A DNA stretch of 32,000 nt from Candidatus Helarchaeota ASGARD archaeon Hel_GB_B (GCA_005191425.1 SUPR01000027.1:1-32000); one strand, 5' to 3'. Counted from the stretch's first letter, positions 17,540 to 27,170 are shown. A program made the numbers and translations. The notes: generated by a model from the letters alone, not told the origin.

Positions 17540-18958
17540 ATGGACAAATTTTTCAACCCAGAATCATTAGTAATAATAGGTGCTAGTAGAAAAAATTGGG
17601 GTGCTTCTAATTCTATTTTGACAAGTTTAATCTATAAAAAATATAAAGGAAAAATATATCTAGTCAATGCGAATGCGCGTCATGGTGAGCAATTAAAGGG
17701 ATTTCCGCTTTATAAAAATGTAAAGGAAATACCATGCGTCGATTTGGCATATATAATAGTCCCAGGTCGGTTTGTTAAATCAGTAATTGAAGATTGTATT
17801 GAAGTTGGAATAAAAAATGCAAGTATCATATCTGCAGGTTTTAAAGAGTCGTTGTTATACAACAAACAAAAAGTGGAATTAGAGCAAGAAATTGTAGAGT
17901 TAGCTCGAAAACATGACCTCCGATTTGTTGGCCCTAATTGTAATGGTATTATAAATGTTCCAGAATCATTTTATGCACTTTTTGGCCCCCGTGTAAAGAT
18001 TGAGCCTGGGGCATGCTCTTATGTCTCTCGAGGAGGTACTGCCATCGCAAACATCCTTATACAATCATCATTATCTGGTTTCGGCGCTAATAAATTAATA
18101 AATATTGGTGACCAAGCAGATTTAACTGTCCAAGATTTTATAGAATATTATGATAAGGATCCAACAACAAAAGTTATCGGAGTCTATACAGAAGGGATTT
18201 CTAATGGTACAGAAATGGTTAAAATATTAAAGAATGTCTCTAAACCGGTAATTTTCTATAAATCTGGGCATTCAAATGCAGGAATGCGAGCTGCACTATC
18301 ACATGTTGGTGCTATTGCGAAAAAGGGGACTAATGAAATTTATAAGGGGTTTATTAGACAAACTAAAATAATACCTGTTAATAGTATAATTGAAATGGTC
18401 GATGTTGCAATGGCAATAAGTCTAGCTCCACCACCAAAAGGAAATAGAGTTGGGATTTTCACTTATGGTGGGTCTCTTGGAGTTATGATGTCTGATGCTG
18501 CTGAAGATAATGGACTAATCGTAGGAAAATTGAGTAGAAATCAAATAGAAACTCTAAACAAAATTTTACCTGAATATTGGTCTCATAATAATCCTGTCGA
18601 TGTTACTGATGGAAATGAAGCATATTTACCGCAAAATATTTTGAAAATTTTCAGAATTATTCTTGAAGAATTTGATGCACTTTTTATTGTAGCTCCTGTA
18701 TTTGAAGATGATTCCATTTTTGATGTTTCACCAAATGAAGTTAATTTCAGGAAAATGTATCAACAAGTGGTCAAAGATAATATCAAAAAATATAAGAAGA
18801 TAATCGACGAAGTCCAAAAACCAATTTTTGTCCTTGGGGATCGTGGTGAATTCTCTAAGCTTTTTATTAAAAATAACATACCAGTATATCCAACATTTCA
18901 AAGTCTTGCTAGAGCTTATGGGGCATATTATCATTATATCAAAAATAGAGAAAAATAA
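17540..18958 (+). CDS. acdA: Acyl-CoA synthetase (ADP-forming) alpha subunit / CoA-binding protein
   Basis: MDKFFNPESLVIIGAS CoA-binding start, GPNCNG, NIGDQAD, YKSG...AALSHVGAI (phospho-His), GGSLG, HNNPVD; no fused ATP-grasp. Confidence 0.85.
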   Translation: MDKFFNPESLVIIGASRKNWGASNSILTSLIYKKYKGKIYLVNANARHGEQLKGFPLYKNVKEIPCVDLAYIIVPGRFVKSVIEDCIEVGIKNASIISAGFKESLLYNKQKVELEQEIVELARKHDLRFVGPNCNGIINVPESFYALFGPRVKIEPGACSYVSRGGTAIANILIQSSLSGFGANKLINIGDQADLTVQDFIEYYDKDPTTKVIGVYTEGISNGTEMVKILKNVSKPVIFYKSGHSNAGMRAALSHVGAIAKKGTNEIYKGFIRQTKIIPVNSIIEMVDVAMAISLAPPPKGNRVGIFTYGGSLGVMMSDAAEDNGLIVGKLSRNQIETLNKILPEYWSHNNPVDVTDGNEAYLPQNILKIFRIILEEFDALFIVAPVFEDDSIFDVSPNEVNFRKMYQQVVKDNIKKYKKIIDEVQKPIFVLGDRGEFSKLFIKNNIPVYPTFQSLARAYGAYYHYIKNREK

Positions 18959-18969
18959 TGCAATCTTGG

Positions 18970-19398
18970 TTAATTTTTATTCTCTATGTTAATAATTTGA
19001 ATTAATAATTTTCTATTTCTTGGTCCATCATACTCATTAAAATATATACCTTGCCAAGTCCCCAAGATCAGATTTTTATTTTTTATCATTATTAATTGAG
19101 AAAATCCTGTTATTATTGACTTGGCATGTGCTGCTGAGTTACCTTCAATATGCTGGTAATCTCCAAAATAGGGGATTAATTTATCAAATATTTTTAGAAT
19201 ATCTTTTTTTACTGATGGGTCGGCATTTTCATTAATTGTAATCCCAGCTGTAGTATGTGGGACAAATAAAATACAAAATCCATTTTTAATTCCTGATTTT
19301 AAGATAATTTCTTGCACATCGTTGGTAATATCAATGATTTCTTCTCTTTCTGAAGTTTTAATTTCAATTTCATAAATTTCCATTTCTAAAAACCTCAA
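18970..19398 (-). CDS. yjbQ: YjbQ/UPF0047 (secondary thiamine-phosphate synthase family) protein
   Basis: PHTTAGITINENADPSV, EGNSAAHAKS, LGTWQGIYFNEYDGPRNR signature. Confidence 0.92.
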   Translation of the reverse strand: MRFLEMEIYEIEIKTSEREEIIDITNDVQEIILKSGIKNGFCILFVPHTTAGITINENADPSVKKDILKIFDKLIPYFGDYQHIEGNSAAHAKSIITGFSQLIMIKNKNLILGTWQGIYFNEYDGPRNRKLLIQIINIENKN

Positions 19399-19747
19399 AA
19401 TTAATTTTGCTAATTAATAATTTGTTAATTATTATATTCTATTTTTACTAATTTTCAAATCTATAATTCTCAAACTTATTTTTTGCACCAATGAATTTAG
19501 TAAAATATATTTGTGCAAAGACATAATTAGCAATAACATTTTAAGAAAATCACGAATAAATGTTTAGTTTAAATATTGTTTTTATAATAAAAAAATTATT
19601 ATGACTGTAACTAATAATCTTGATAAGGAAATTGTTGAAAAAATTATAAAGGTAAAAGCATTCAAAGAAAAATTTTATAAATTTATATACAATACTAAAT
19701 TTAATTCATCAAATTGAAAATTATCTGTTTTATATGAAGTATCTATT

Positions 19748-20239
19748 TTAAGTTAAATCTACTTCAATCAGAAAATCGCTCTCTTTAGCAGTAAATCCTT
19801 TATATTCAATGATTTCAAAATATTTCTTAAGAATTAAAAAAGAACCTGCACATATTCCAAGAATACTTCCTATAACAAATCCAGAAGCTGCAAATATATT
19901 TGTTATACTAAATATCAACATTAGAATTCCAATAATAAATGTAGTTATTTTAATATCGAATATTATTATTGTCGTCTTTTTGATTAAACAAACAGTTAAA
20001 AATAATAAAATAAAGGAGAATAATCCTCCCCAAAATAATCTTAAACTCATTACTGAATAGTCCCAAATTGCTGGCCCAATTTGATTTAAATTCGAATAAT
20101 AAATATTTGCTAAAAGTAATCTAAAAAATTGCACTTGGTCTAAATAGATTATAACAAACCAGCTAATAAAATCTAAAATAGTTGCTCCAAATGCTAAAAT
20201 AAATGCATTTCTCACATTAAAGATCTTATTTAAATCCAA
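19748..20239 (-). CDS. Small membrane protein, about 4 TM helices
   Basis: Hydrophobic segments with Gly-rich C-terminal helix pair (FAASGFVIGSILGICAGSF). Confidence 0.65.
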   Translation of the reverse strand: MDLNKIFNVRNAFILAFGATILDFISWFVIIYLDQVQFFRLLLANIYYSNLNQIGPAIWDYSVMSLRLFWGGLFSFILLFLTVCLIKKTTIIIFDIKITTFIIGILMLIFSITNIFAASGFVIGSILGICAGSFLILKKYFEIIEYKGFTAKESDFLIEVDLT

Positions 20240-20292
20240 TTTCTTTATCTCCTTATTTTAAGATTATTATTTTAAATGCACTAAACTGGTAT

Positions 20293-22914
20293 TTATAAAT
20301 TATCATTTTCAAATTTTTTAAAATGATTTTTTCCTTTAATTTTTTTCGTTCTTAGATGGTTATAAAAAGTGTGGTATCTTCTTTTATACCAATTTTCAAT
20401 TTCATTTATATCTTCATTTGATAACTGATATAATTTATATACAAGATAATCTATTTTTGTTTGTTCATAAATAAAATATGGATATTTTTGGTCATCATGC
20501 TGCTTTTGAATGATTTTGTTGACCAAATCTTCAATCTGATACATTATAGATTTATTATCTTTGTCTATTAAAGGGATTGGAATTTGTTTAATTCCACCAA
20601 CTTGCGTGTGAACAGTTGAATTAATATAATTTTTTAAAAGATATTTCACAAGTTTTGAACATAAAATACCTAAACAAAATTCTAAACTATAAAATTCTGT
20701 GAAAATTGTCATTCCCATTACATCAAAAACTGAAGAGTGGTTTAATCTAAAGGTCGGGGCGTAAAATCCAGTATCTGAATAGGTAATTCCTTTTTTAAAA
20801 TAATATTTAAAATTTTGAAGTCTTGAAGCTATTTTATTAGAGGAAAACAATTCAATCTTGTCTTTTTTACCATAATATCTTTCTCGGTCTATTATTGTTA
20901 AATTTTTTAATCTATTTATTGCTTCTTTTGACCAATTAATATAATAGTTTGTTGGTACCCAATAATTTGGAAGCCACCCCTCTTTGATATTTGATTCAGC
21001 ACCTTTATCATATGGAATGTATTTTTTACCACCATAATCATTGTCATCAATTCCCAATATATCTCCAGTCTTTTCATAATATCGTCTATATTTTTTAGAG
21101 AACTCTATCAATTGTTCTCCATTTAAAATTAATTTCTTATCTACGACCTTATAATTTCCATAAACTTTTTCATTACTTTTTCTAATATAATATTTATTAT
21201 CTCCTGTCCCTAATCCTTGTTTTATTATTGATATATCTCCAAATTTTAATAAATTTAAGCGATTTCCATTAAAGATTATTTTATATATTAACAATGATTT
21301 ATTTTTAGATGGAAATGAATGTTTATCACATTCTTGGTCATTCATAAGGGAAAAAATTTTGGGGCTGGCAATAATTATTGGAATTTTCGAATATTTTAAT
21401 AATATTTTTTGCTGGTATTTATAAAAACCCACATTTGTTTTTAAAAAGTTACCATCTAGCCTATCAAAAATTAGTTTACCAAGGATATCTATTAAAATAT
21501 TTTTATTTTTAACTGGAATCCCTGTCAAATCAATTGCTTGAACATCTGAATTTAATCTTAAAAATCTGTTTTTATCACCTGGTAAACTTTTCAGGATAAA
21601 TATCGAAGTGTTTACGGTAGCTTCAAATAACCAAATTGGGAGTGATACAATAAAAATTAATCCACAAGAATTTAAAACTCTCCTTCTTAAAGGTAAATGG
21701 CTCTCAATAGTACGCCAAGTATCACTCGTAAGAAAGGATAAATAACCATTCACTTTTAGAAATTCTAATGATTTGACTATAAAAGCTCCATAAAGATCCA
21801 TACTCATTAATCCAAGCTTTTTTGCAGTTTCTTTAGAAATGCCTCTTCCTCTTGCTGCATAAGGTGGATTTCCAATTATAATATCAAATTTAAATGAGAT
21901 ATTCGAATTATTTATTTTTAAAAAATCAGATCTTAGAAAGTTAAATTTCAAATTTCTAAACTTTAAGTTTCTACTACTTATAAAAAATGGTAGTAATATC
22001 ATTAAAGCTGCAATATCCATTGCCTCTTTTTCTATATCAATGCCATATAGAGATTCGTTTATAATTTTAAATTTTATGCGTAATAATTCATTTTTATCAA
22101 TATTATTTGAATTCATAATTATCTTTTTACAATTTAACAAAATTAATGTAATATCTTCTAGAATTGAAATTAAAAAAGTGCCAGTTCCCATTGCTGGGTC
22201 TAAAACTTTAAAATTATCAAATATCTTTATAATTTTTAAAGCATTTTCTTTATTAATAGTAGAGACATTAACATTTATGTCTTTTGAAAATAAAATTTTT
22301 ATGTCCTCTTTTTCTATGCCTAATTTCTCTTCAATATACCTAATTAATACTTTCTTGGTCAGAAAGTTTGCAATAAATTTATTTGTATAATAAATCCCAA
22401 ATCTTTTTTTCTCCGAACCTTTGTATAATTCATAAATATAACTAAAAATATCTGTACCAATTTTATATTCCTCAAAAATAAAGAATTCCGTAGAAATTTT
22501 ATTTCTGGAAAAAAAGTTTAAAACAGAATTCTTCTTATTTGGGTCAAAAATTTCGTTGGGTATAAAAATATTATTAATAATTTTCCATTCTTCTGGTGTA
22601 AAATCGTCAAATCTTAAATCTATTTGATTGAAAAATTTGATATTTGACCATTCTTCTGAAAAATTATCTAAAAATCTTCTCAAAAATAAATCAAAATAAT
22701 TTCCATTATTTTTATTTACCTTAAATCTTTCAAATATGTCAGAAAAGTGTTCTTTTATTATTTTTCTATCCTTAATGAAATAATATAATGTAATTTTAAA
22801 TAATAGATCTTTTACAAACTTTAAAATCAATTTCTTATTAGATAAATTTGGGTTATACTTTATTATATTTCTTACAATATTATTGTATAGGATTTTAATT
22901 TCTTTATTTGTCAT
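20293..22914 (-). CDS. N6-adenine DNA methyltransferase with fused target-recognition domain (Eco57I/Type IIG or BREX PglX-like)
   Basis: FGIYYTN, SAM-binding DPAMGTGTFL, YGIDIE, catalytic NPPY; TRD segment KQGLGTGDN, YIPYDKG, YFKKGITYS, VFDVMG. No N-terminal nuclease motif seen. Confidence 0.88.
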   Translation of the reverse strand: MTNKEIKILYNNIVRNIIKYNPNLSNKKLILKFVKDLLFKITLYYFIKDRKIIKEHFSDIFERFKVNKNNGNYFDLFLRRFLDNFSEEWSNIKFFNQIDLRFDDFTPEEWKIINNIFIPNEIFDPNKKNSVLNFFSRNKISTEFFIFEEYKIGTDIFSYIYELYKGSEKKRFGIYYTNKFIANFLTKKVLIRYIEEKLGIEKEDIKILFSKDINVNVSTINKENALKIIKIFDNFKVLDPAMGTGTFLISILEDITLILLNCKKIIMNSNNIDKNELLRIKFKIINESLYGIDIEKEAMDIAALMILLPFFISSRNLKFRNLKFNFLRSDFLKINNSNISFKFDIIIGNPPYAARGRGISKETAKKLGLMSMDLYGAFIVKSLEFLKVNGYLSFLTSDTWRTIESHLPLRRRVLNSCGLIFIVSLPIWLFEATVNTSIFILKSLPGDKNRFLRLNSDVQAIDLTGIPVKNKNILIDILGKLIFDRLDGNFLKTNVGFYKYQQKILLKYSKIPIIIASPKIFSLMNDQECDKHSFPSKNKSLLIYKIIFNGNRLNLLKFGDISIIKQGLGTGDNKYYIRKSNEKVYGNYKVVDKKLILNGEQLIEFSKKYRRYYEKTGDILGIDDNDYGGKKYIPYDKGAESNIKEGWLPNYWVPTNYYINWSKEAINRLKNLTIIDRERYYGKKDKIELFSSNKIASRLQNFKYYFKKGITYSDTGFYAPTFRLNHSSVFDVMGMTIFTEFYSLEFCLGILCSKLVKYLLKNYINSTVHTQVGGIKQIPIPLIDKDNKSIMYQIEDLVNKIIQKQHDDQKYPYFIYEQTKIDYLVYKLYQLSNEDINEIENWYKRRYHTFYNHLRTKKIKGKNHFKKFENDNL

Positions 22915-23205
22915 TCTTTTTTCATTTATTTACATCTGTATTAAAAGAAATTATATTTTTTAAGTTGAACTTAAATAAATTTAGCATAATAATTTTAAAT
23001 TGTTAAATTATTTTAATAATTTATCTAAATTATCGCGACCTAATGTTATTTTAAAGGTTTAGATTTTGAATTAAAATTTTCAATAAGAACTTCGAACCAC
23101 TTAATAATTAATTACATTTAAGAAATCTTTTTATAAAATATGATTCATAAATATTTCAGATTTTATTTTTCTAAAAATAATCGAAAAATAACGGAGTTAA
23201 TAACC

Positions 23206-23733
23206 ATGAATGAAAAAACTGAAATTGTTACAAATTCTGGAGATCCAAAAATGTTCTATAAATGGAAATTAAATAGTTTAATTCTTCGAATGGTATATCC
23301 TCAAATATTGAGTAATTTTGTTATAAAGTATAATCATGATATTAGTAAAATTAATAAAGCATTACTTAATATCGGAAAAAATTCAGCCCGTAGAGTTATA
23401 TCTGAATTTCCAATTAAAGAGTTTAATACAAAAATTCTGATCAGAAAAATAACTTGGAGGCATTGGGGGACTAAATCCATTGTAAAAGGTAATATTAAAG
23501 ATGGTGAATTAAAAATAATTGTTAAAAAATGCCCACTTTGTATGGGACTTGCTCCATTGGAGATTGAAGGTCTGCATTATTGCATATCATTTGCAGGTTT
23601 CTTACAAGGTGCTTTTGAAGTTCTTCAAAAAAAATATAAGAAATTAATCCAAAATAAAATGACTTTTGAGACAATAGAATCAAAAGGTTCAAATGATCTA
23701 AATTGCGTCCATTTATGTAGAATTGAGGAATGA
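23206..23733 (+). CDS. V4R-like (zinc-binding) domain protein
   Basis: CPLC, HYC..FAGFLQG, ETIES.G...C. Start moved to ATG 23206 because GGAG lies upstream; the ORF is open from 23140. Confidence 0.65.
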   Translation: MNEKTEIVTNSGDPKMFYKWKLNSLILRMVYPQILSNFVIKYNHDISKINKALLNIGKNSARRVISEFPIKEFNTKILIRKITWRHWGTKSIVKGNIKDGELKIIVKKCPLCMGLAPLEIEGLHYCISFAGFLQGAFEVLQKKYKKLIQNKMTFETIESKGSNDLNCVHLCRIEE

Positions 23734-23736
23734 AAA

Positions 23737-24369
23737 ATGGTTGTTGATAAATTAAATTTTTTTACAAAATTATTAGGTTCATTTGGCGGGAGATATATAT
23801 TTAATACTGCGCAAAAAATTAATTTATATACTTGTGGGTTAATTGTTCAAGAAACTATGAAGATATTTATGGACATATATGGAGATTATGAAATTGGCAT
23901 AGAAGAATTTAATGAAGCCCTCGCAACTGGTGTTAAAGAAATGATTGCCGATATGTTGGACCAATCTTATTTATTTGGAAAAGGATTGGGTGATATTGTT
24001 TCAAGAACTCCTTCTGATTCTTGTAGTGCAATTGAAATAGGGTTCTGGGCTCTGATGGGTAAGGAATCTAAACAATTAATTGAGAAACCAATTTGGGTTC
24101 CTTTTGAACAGCCTAATGAATATATTGGTAAATTGGTAGTTGGAATTAAAAGATGCCCATTTTGCTTTGGAATGGACAAAAATATTGAGTCCAAACTAAC
24201 TAAAGTTCATTACGGAGATTTTTTTGCCATTATGATCGGAGGTATTCTTCAAGAAATAATGGAATATGTTGGAAACGATTTTGAAATGATCTCTAAAGAG
24301 ACTAAATGCTTTATGCGGGGCGATGAAAAAGGTGAATTAACCATCTATTTCAAACAAAGAAAAAACTAA
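23737..24369 (+). CDS. V4R-like domain protein
   Basis: CPFC, IGGILQ, ETKCFMRGD (E.KC...GD V4R signature); 3 bp after the preceding gene. Confidence 0.7.
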   Translation: MVVDKLNFFTKLLGSFGGRYIFNTAQKINLYTCGLIVQETMKIFMDIYGDYEIGIEEFNEALATGVKEMIADMLDQSYLFGKGLGDIVSRTPSDSCSAIEIGFWALMGKESKQLIEKPIWVPFEQPNEYIGKLVVGIKRCPFCFGMDKNIESKLTKVHYGDFFAIMIGGILQEIMEYVGNDFEMISKETKCFMRGDEKGELTIYFKQRKN

Positions 24370-24701
24370 AAAATAGAGAAATTAGGGGTAGTAACTTTTA
24401 CTAATTTTTATACAAATATTATATTTTTAATAATAGAGCTGCTTTTAAGATTAAAAATTATATTTCTAAGAAATATTTCATTTCACAATGATAGAATTTC
24501 CAGAATTAATAAAGGAAATATTTAAAGAGATAACGATCAGTCAAGGAATTGTTGGAGAATCTATTTATCGTTTGTTTAAAATTACAGATATTAATAGTAA
24601 AACCAAATCGGAATGTTTATAATTAAAAATACGCATTTTATAGCAATGCCGGAATTTATAAAAACTCAGAACAAATAAAATCCAATAAAAGAGAGAGATG
24701 A

Positions 24702-25673
24702 ATGAATAAAAAAGACTCCTACTCGAGAAACAAAATATTAAAAAAATTCCTGGGTTTAAAGACCTATTTTAAGTCAGCATTTCAGGAGACCATGTCTGAG
24801 CATAGTCATTTTTCCATGTATTATTGTAATGGGGTTATGCGATTTGTGTCATATCTCAAGAAATATGGGAGAGCAATAGACAAAGGGCTAATTCACGATA
24901 TATTTAAAGTATTTTTTTCACAGTTAAAATATGGAGAGAATGGAGTCGCGATAGAAAAAGAGATGGGTAAAAAGAGGTTAGACCTATATAGAATGGTTGA
25001 GGACGAAATAATAGAAGTAAAAACGATAAGCAATATTTCGTTTAAAAAGATATTCGGGACTGTCAAATCTGTATTCAAACTGGTGCCAAAGGCTGACCGG
25101 TTATGGCTATTTTTCTTTATGAAATTAGGGGCTTCAACTCTAAAAAATAAGAAAAATGAAAAAGATAGTGTGGAAGACTTGAAATGCAAATATTTTTTAA
25201 TATTCCTTGACATAATACTATCAGGTGTAGATGACTTGACCGAAATAAATAAAGAATTAGAGAGCGGAATAAAAGAGTTAATAGAGAGTGGAGCAGAGGA
25301 ATTGGACCTATCGAAGGAAATAATAATTCCATTAGAAAATGTAGTGTTTGTAGAAGATTTAAAAAGGGAGTTGGAGGAAAATAAGAGGGAGTTAGAGGAA
25401 AATAAGAGGGAACTAAAGGAAAATAAGAGGGAGTTGGAGGAAAATAAGAGGGAACTAAAGGAAAATAAGAAGGAATTAAAGAGAAAAGAGAAGGAATTAA
25501 AGGAAAAAGAGAAGGAATTAAAGAAAGAGAAAATGGAAAAAGAGAAGAAATTAAAAGAATTAAAGAGAGAATTAGAGAGAGAAAAATTAGAGAAAAAGAA
25601 AATAAAAGATGAGCTGAAGAAAAAGGAAAAAGAATTACAAGAACTTAGAAAAAAATTAAAAAACACGGAATAA
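24702..25673 (+). CDS. PD-(D/E)xK nuclease-fold protein with C-terminal coiled-coil repeat tail
   Basis: EKEMGKKRLD(94)LY...IIE(105)VK(107) fits the D...ExK motif; tail of (ELEENKR)n heptads. Confidence 0.65.
   Translation: MNKKDSYSRNKILKKFLGLKTYFKSAFQETMSEHSHFSMYYCNGVMRFVSYLKKYGRAIDKGLIHDIFKVFFSQLKYGENGVAIEKEMGKKRLDLYRMVEDEIIEVKTISNISFKKIFGTVKSVFKLVPKADRLWLFFFMKLGASTLKNKKNEKDSVEDLKCKYFLIFLDIILSGVDDLTEINKELESGIKELIESGAEELDLSKEIIIPLENVVFVEDLKRELEENKRELEENKRELKENKRELEENKRELKENKKELKRKEKELKEKEKELKKEKMEKEKKLKELKRELEREKLEKKKIKDELKKKEKELQELRKKLKNTE
25368..25535 (+). repeat. Coding tandem repeat, about 8 x 21 bp
   Basis: gagttggaggaaaataagagg / gagttagaggaaaataagagg / gaactaaaggaaaataagagg / gagttggaggaaaataagagg / gaactaaaggaaaataagaag, then degenerating units; encodes EL(E/K)ENKR. 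Confidence 0.9.
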
Positions 25674-25704
25674 ACGAAAAAGAGGGATATGGATATACAA
25701 GAGA

Positions 25705-26073
25705 GTAGATTTAAAATACAAATATTTTTTAATATTCCTTGATATAATACTATTATGTATAGATGACTTGATTGAAATAAATAAAGAATTGTAGAGTGAA
25801 ATAAAAGAGTTAATAGAGAGTGAAGCAGAGGAATTTGATGTATCAAATGGAATAATAATTATTCTAGAAAATGTAGTATTTGTGGAGGATTTAAAAAAGG
25901 AATTAAAGGAAACAAAGCGAAAATCAAAGGAAATAGAGAGAAGATCAAAGGAAATAGAGAAAGAATTGAAGAGAGTGAAATTAGAAAAAAAGAAAATAAA
26001 AAAAGAACTGGAAAAAAGGAAAAAAGGAAAAAAGGTACAAAAACTTAGAAAAAAATTAAAAGATATGAAATAA
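25705..26073 (+). pseudogene. Degenerate tandem duplicate of the 3' half of the PD-(D/E)xK/coiled-coil gene
   Basis: VDLKYKYFLIFLDIILLCIDDLIEINKEL*SEIKELIESEAEEFD...ENVVFVEDLKKEL aligns with aa ~158-323 of 24702..25673; in-frame TAG at 25792 replaces GAG; nuclease motif absent. Confidence 0.85.
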
Positions 26074-26284
26074 ATGAGAATAAGGAGTATATACTGGTAA
26101 TAGATGATAATCTTGTTCTATTTTTTAAAATTATAACTGAAAGGTAATTCTAATAATGTAATATAAAGAGAAATAGACCTAATACTTCTGTAAAATGCCA
26201 GTCTTAAAAATATTATTGTAGGGATTGTAATAGGTCTTTTTATGTTCAAAAAATATTAAAAAAATAAAATTTAATTAAATATAA

Positions 26285-26755
26285 TTATTCTTTTTCATCA
26301 GTATTCTTTTCTTGCATTTCCTTTTTTTCGTCTAAAGTTTCAATTTCAATTTTTTTAGGTGGTTCTATTTCGGTTTTATTTAATATAATTTTTAGGATTC
26401 CATTTTCCATATTTGCTTTAATATTTTCTTTATCGACATTTTCAGGTAATGTTAAGCTTCTTGAAAAGTTTTGACGAGAAATCTCTTTATATATATAGCA
26501 ACCTTCTTCATCTTTTTCTTCTTTTTTAGTTTCTTTTTCTGATTTTATGGTCAAAATATCATTTTTAATTTCGATATTAATGTCGCTTTTGTCAAAGCCT
26601 GGAACTTCTAATTTAATTTCATAATGATCGTCAAGTTCTTTAATATCCATCTTAGGCATTTCGAATCGAGTTGTTATTTCAAATGGTTCAATAAATAAGT
26701 CATCAAAAAATCTATCTATATCAAACAAACTATGTGGTCTTAATATCAAACTCAT
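26285..26755 (-). CDS. hsp20: Small heat shock protein (Hsp20/alpha-crystallin)
   Basis: PKMDIKE...EVPGFDKSDINI...FSRSLTLPENVD...A.MENGILKI; SD GAGGTGAT 5 nt upstream of ATG. Confidence 0.95.
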   Translation of the reverse strand: MSLILRPHSLFDIDRFFDDLFIEPFEITTRFEMPKMDIKELDDHYEIKLEVPGFDKSDINIEIKNDILTIKSEKETKKEEKDEEGCYIYKEISRQNFSRSLTLPENVDKENIKANMENGILKIILNKTEIEPPKKIEIETLDEKKEMQEKNTDEKE

Positions 26756-26842
26756 TCCACATCACCTCATTTTATCTTAATTATCAATGTTTTGATATTT
26801 TTTTCAAGCATTTTAATCAATTTATTAAAGACACATTTATAT

Positions 26843-26890
26843 GTCACACTTTGTGACTATAGAATGAACGACTATTTATAAATTTTTCGA
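26843..26890 (-). promoter_or_regulatory. Putative hsp20 promoter (BRE-TATA) with downstream palindromic operator
   Basis: Minus strand CGAAAAA-TTTATAAA (TATA 26882-26875); GTCACA-ctt-TGTGAC at 26843-26857 sits where the start site is expected. Confidence 0.55.
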
Positions 26891-27170
26891 AGTTAAATTT
26901 TTAACAAATCTCAATTAAAACACAAAAAAATTAACATTTTTTTCATATTTATTTTAAAATTTGATTAGATAACCAAGTAATTATGAAAATTAATCAATGT
27001 ATGATAAAAAGAAAATTGAAAATTTTTTCTATAAAAATATATTAAAAGATATTTTTCAAATAAATTTAAAATAATTGGTCATAAATATTTATTTTAAATA
27101 AAATAATAAGTAAGAGTAGTTCTATAAGAATTTCCATTAAATATTTAATAAACATTTAAAAAATAGGAAT

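Noticed and set aside
19485-19528. TTTGCAC...GTGCAAA inverted repeat upstream of yjbQ
   Set aside because: 7-bp arms with a ~24-nt spacer; too weak to call.
24488-24622. 44-aa ORF MIEFPELIKEIFKEITISQGIVGESIYRLF...
   Set aside because: No clear SD or motif; faint kinase-like N-terminal resemblance is not supportable without a search.
25368-25535. Possible CRISPR array
   Set aside because: Contiguous in-frame 21-bp coding units without unique spacers; no cas genes.
20293-25673. Complete BREX or restriction-modification system formed by the methyltransferase and the nuclease gene
   Set aside because: Opposite strands, separated by unrelated V4R genes, and no other BREX components in the window.
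24893-25846. 317-aa minus-strand S/F/L-rich ORF (and 25117-25332)
   Set aside because: Mirror of the purine-rich coiled-coil coding strand, which lacks stops in antisense.
26175-26237. AGACCTAATAC...GTAATAGGTCT inverted repeat between convergent genes
   Set aside because: Imperfect 11-bp arms with a ~40-nt loop; could be a terminator but not distinguishable from chance.
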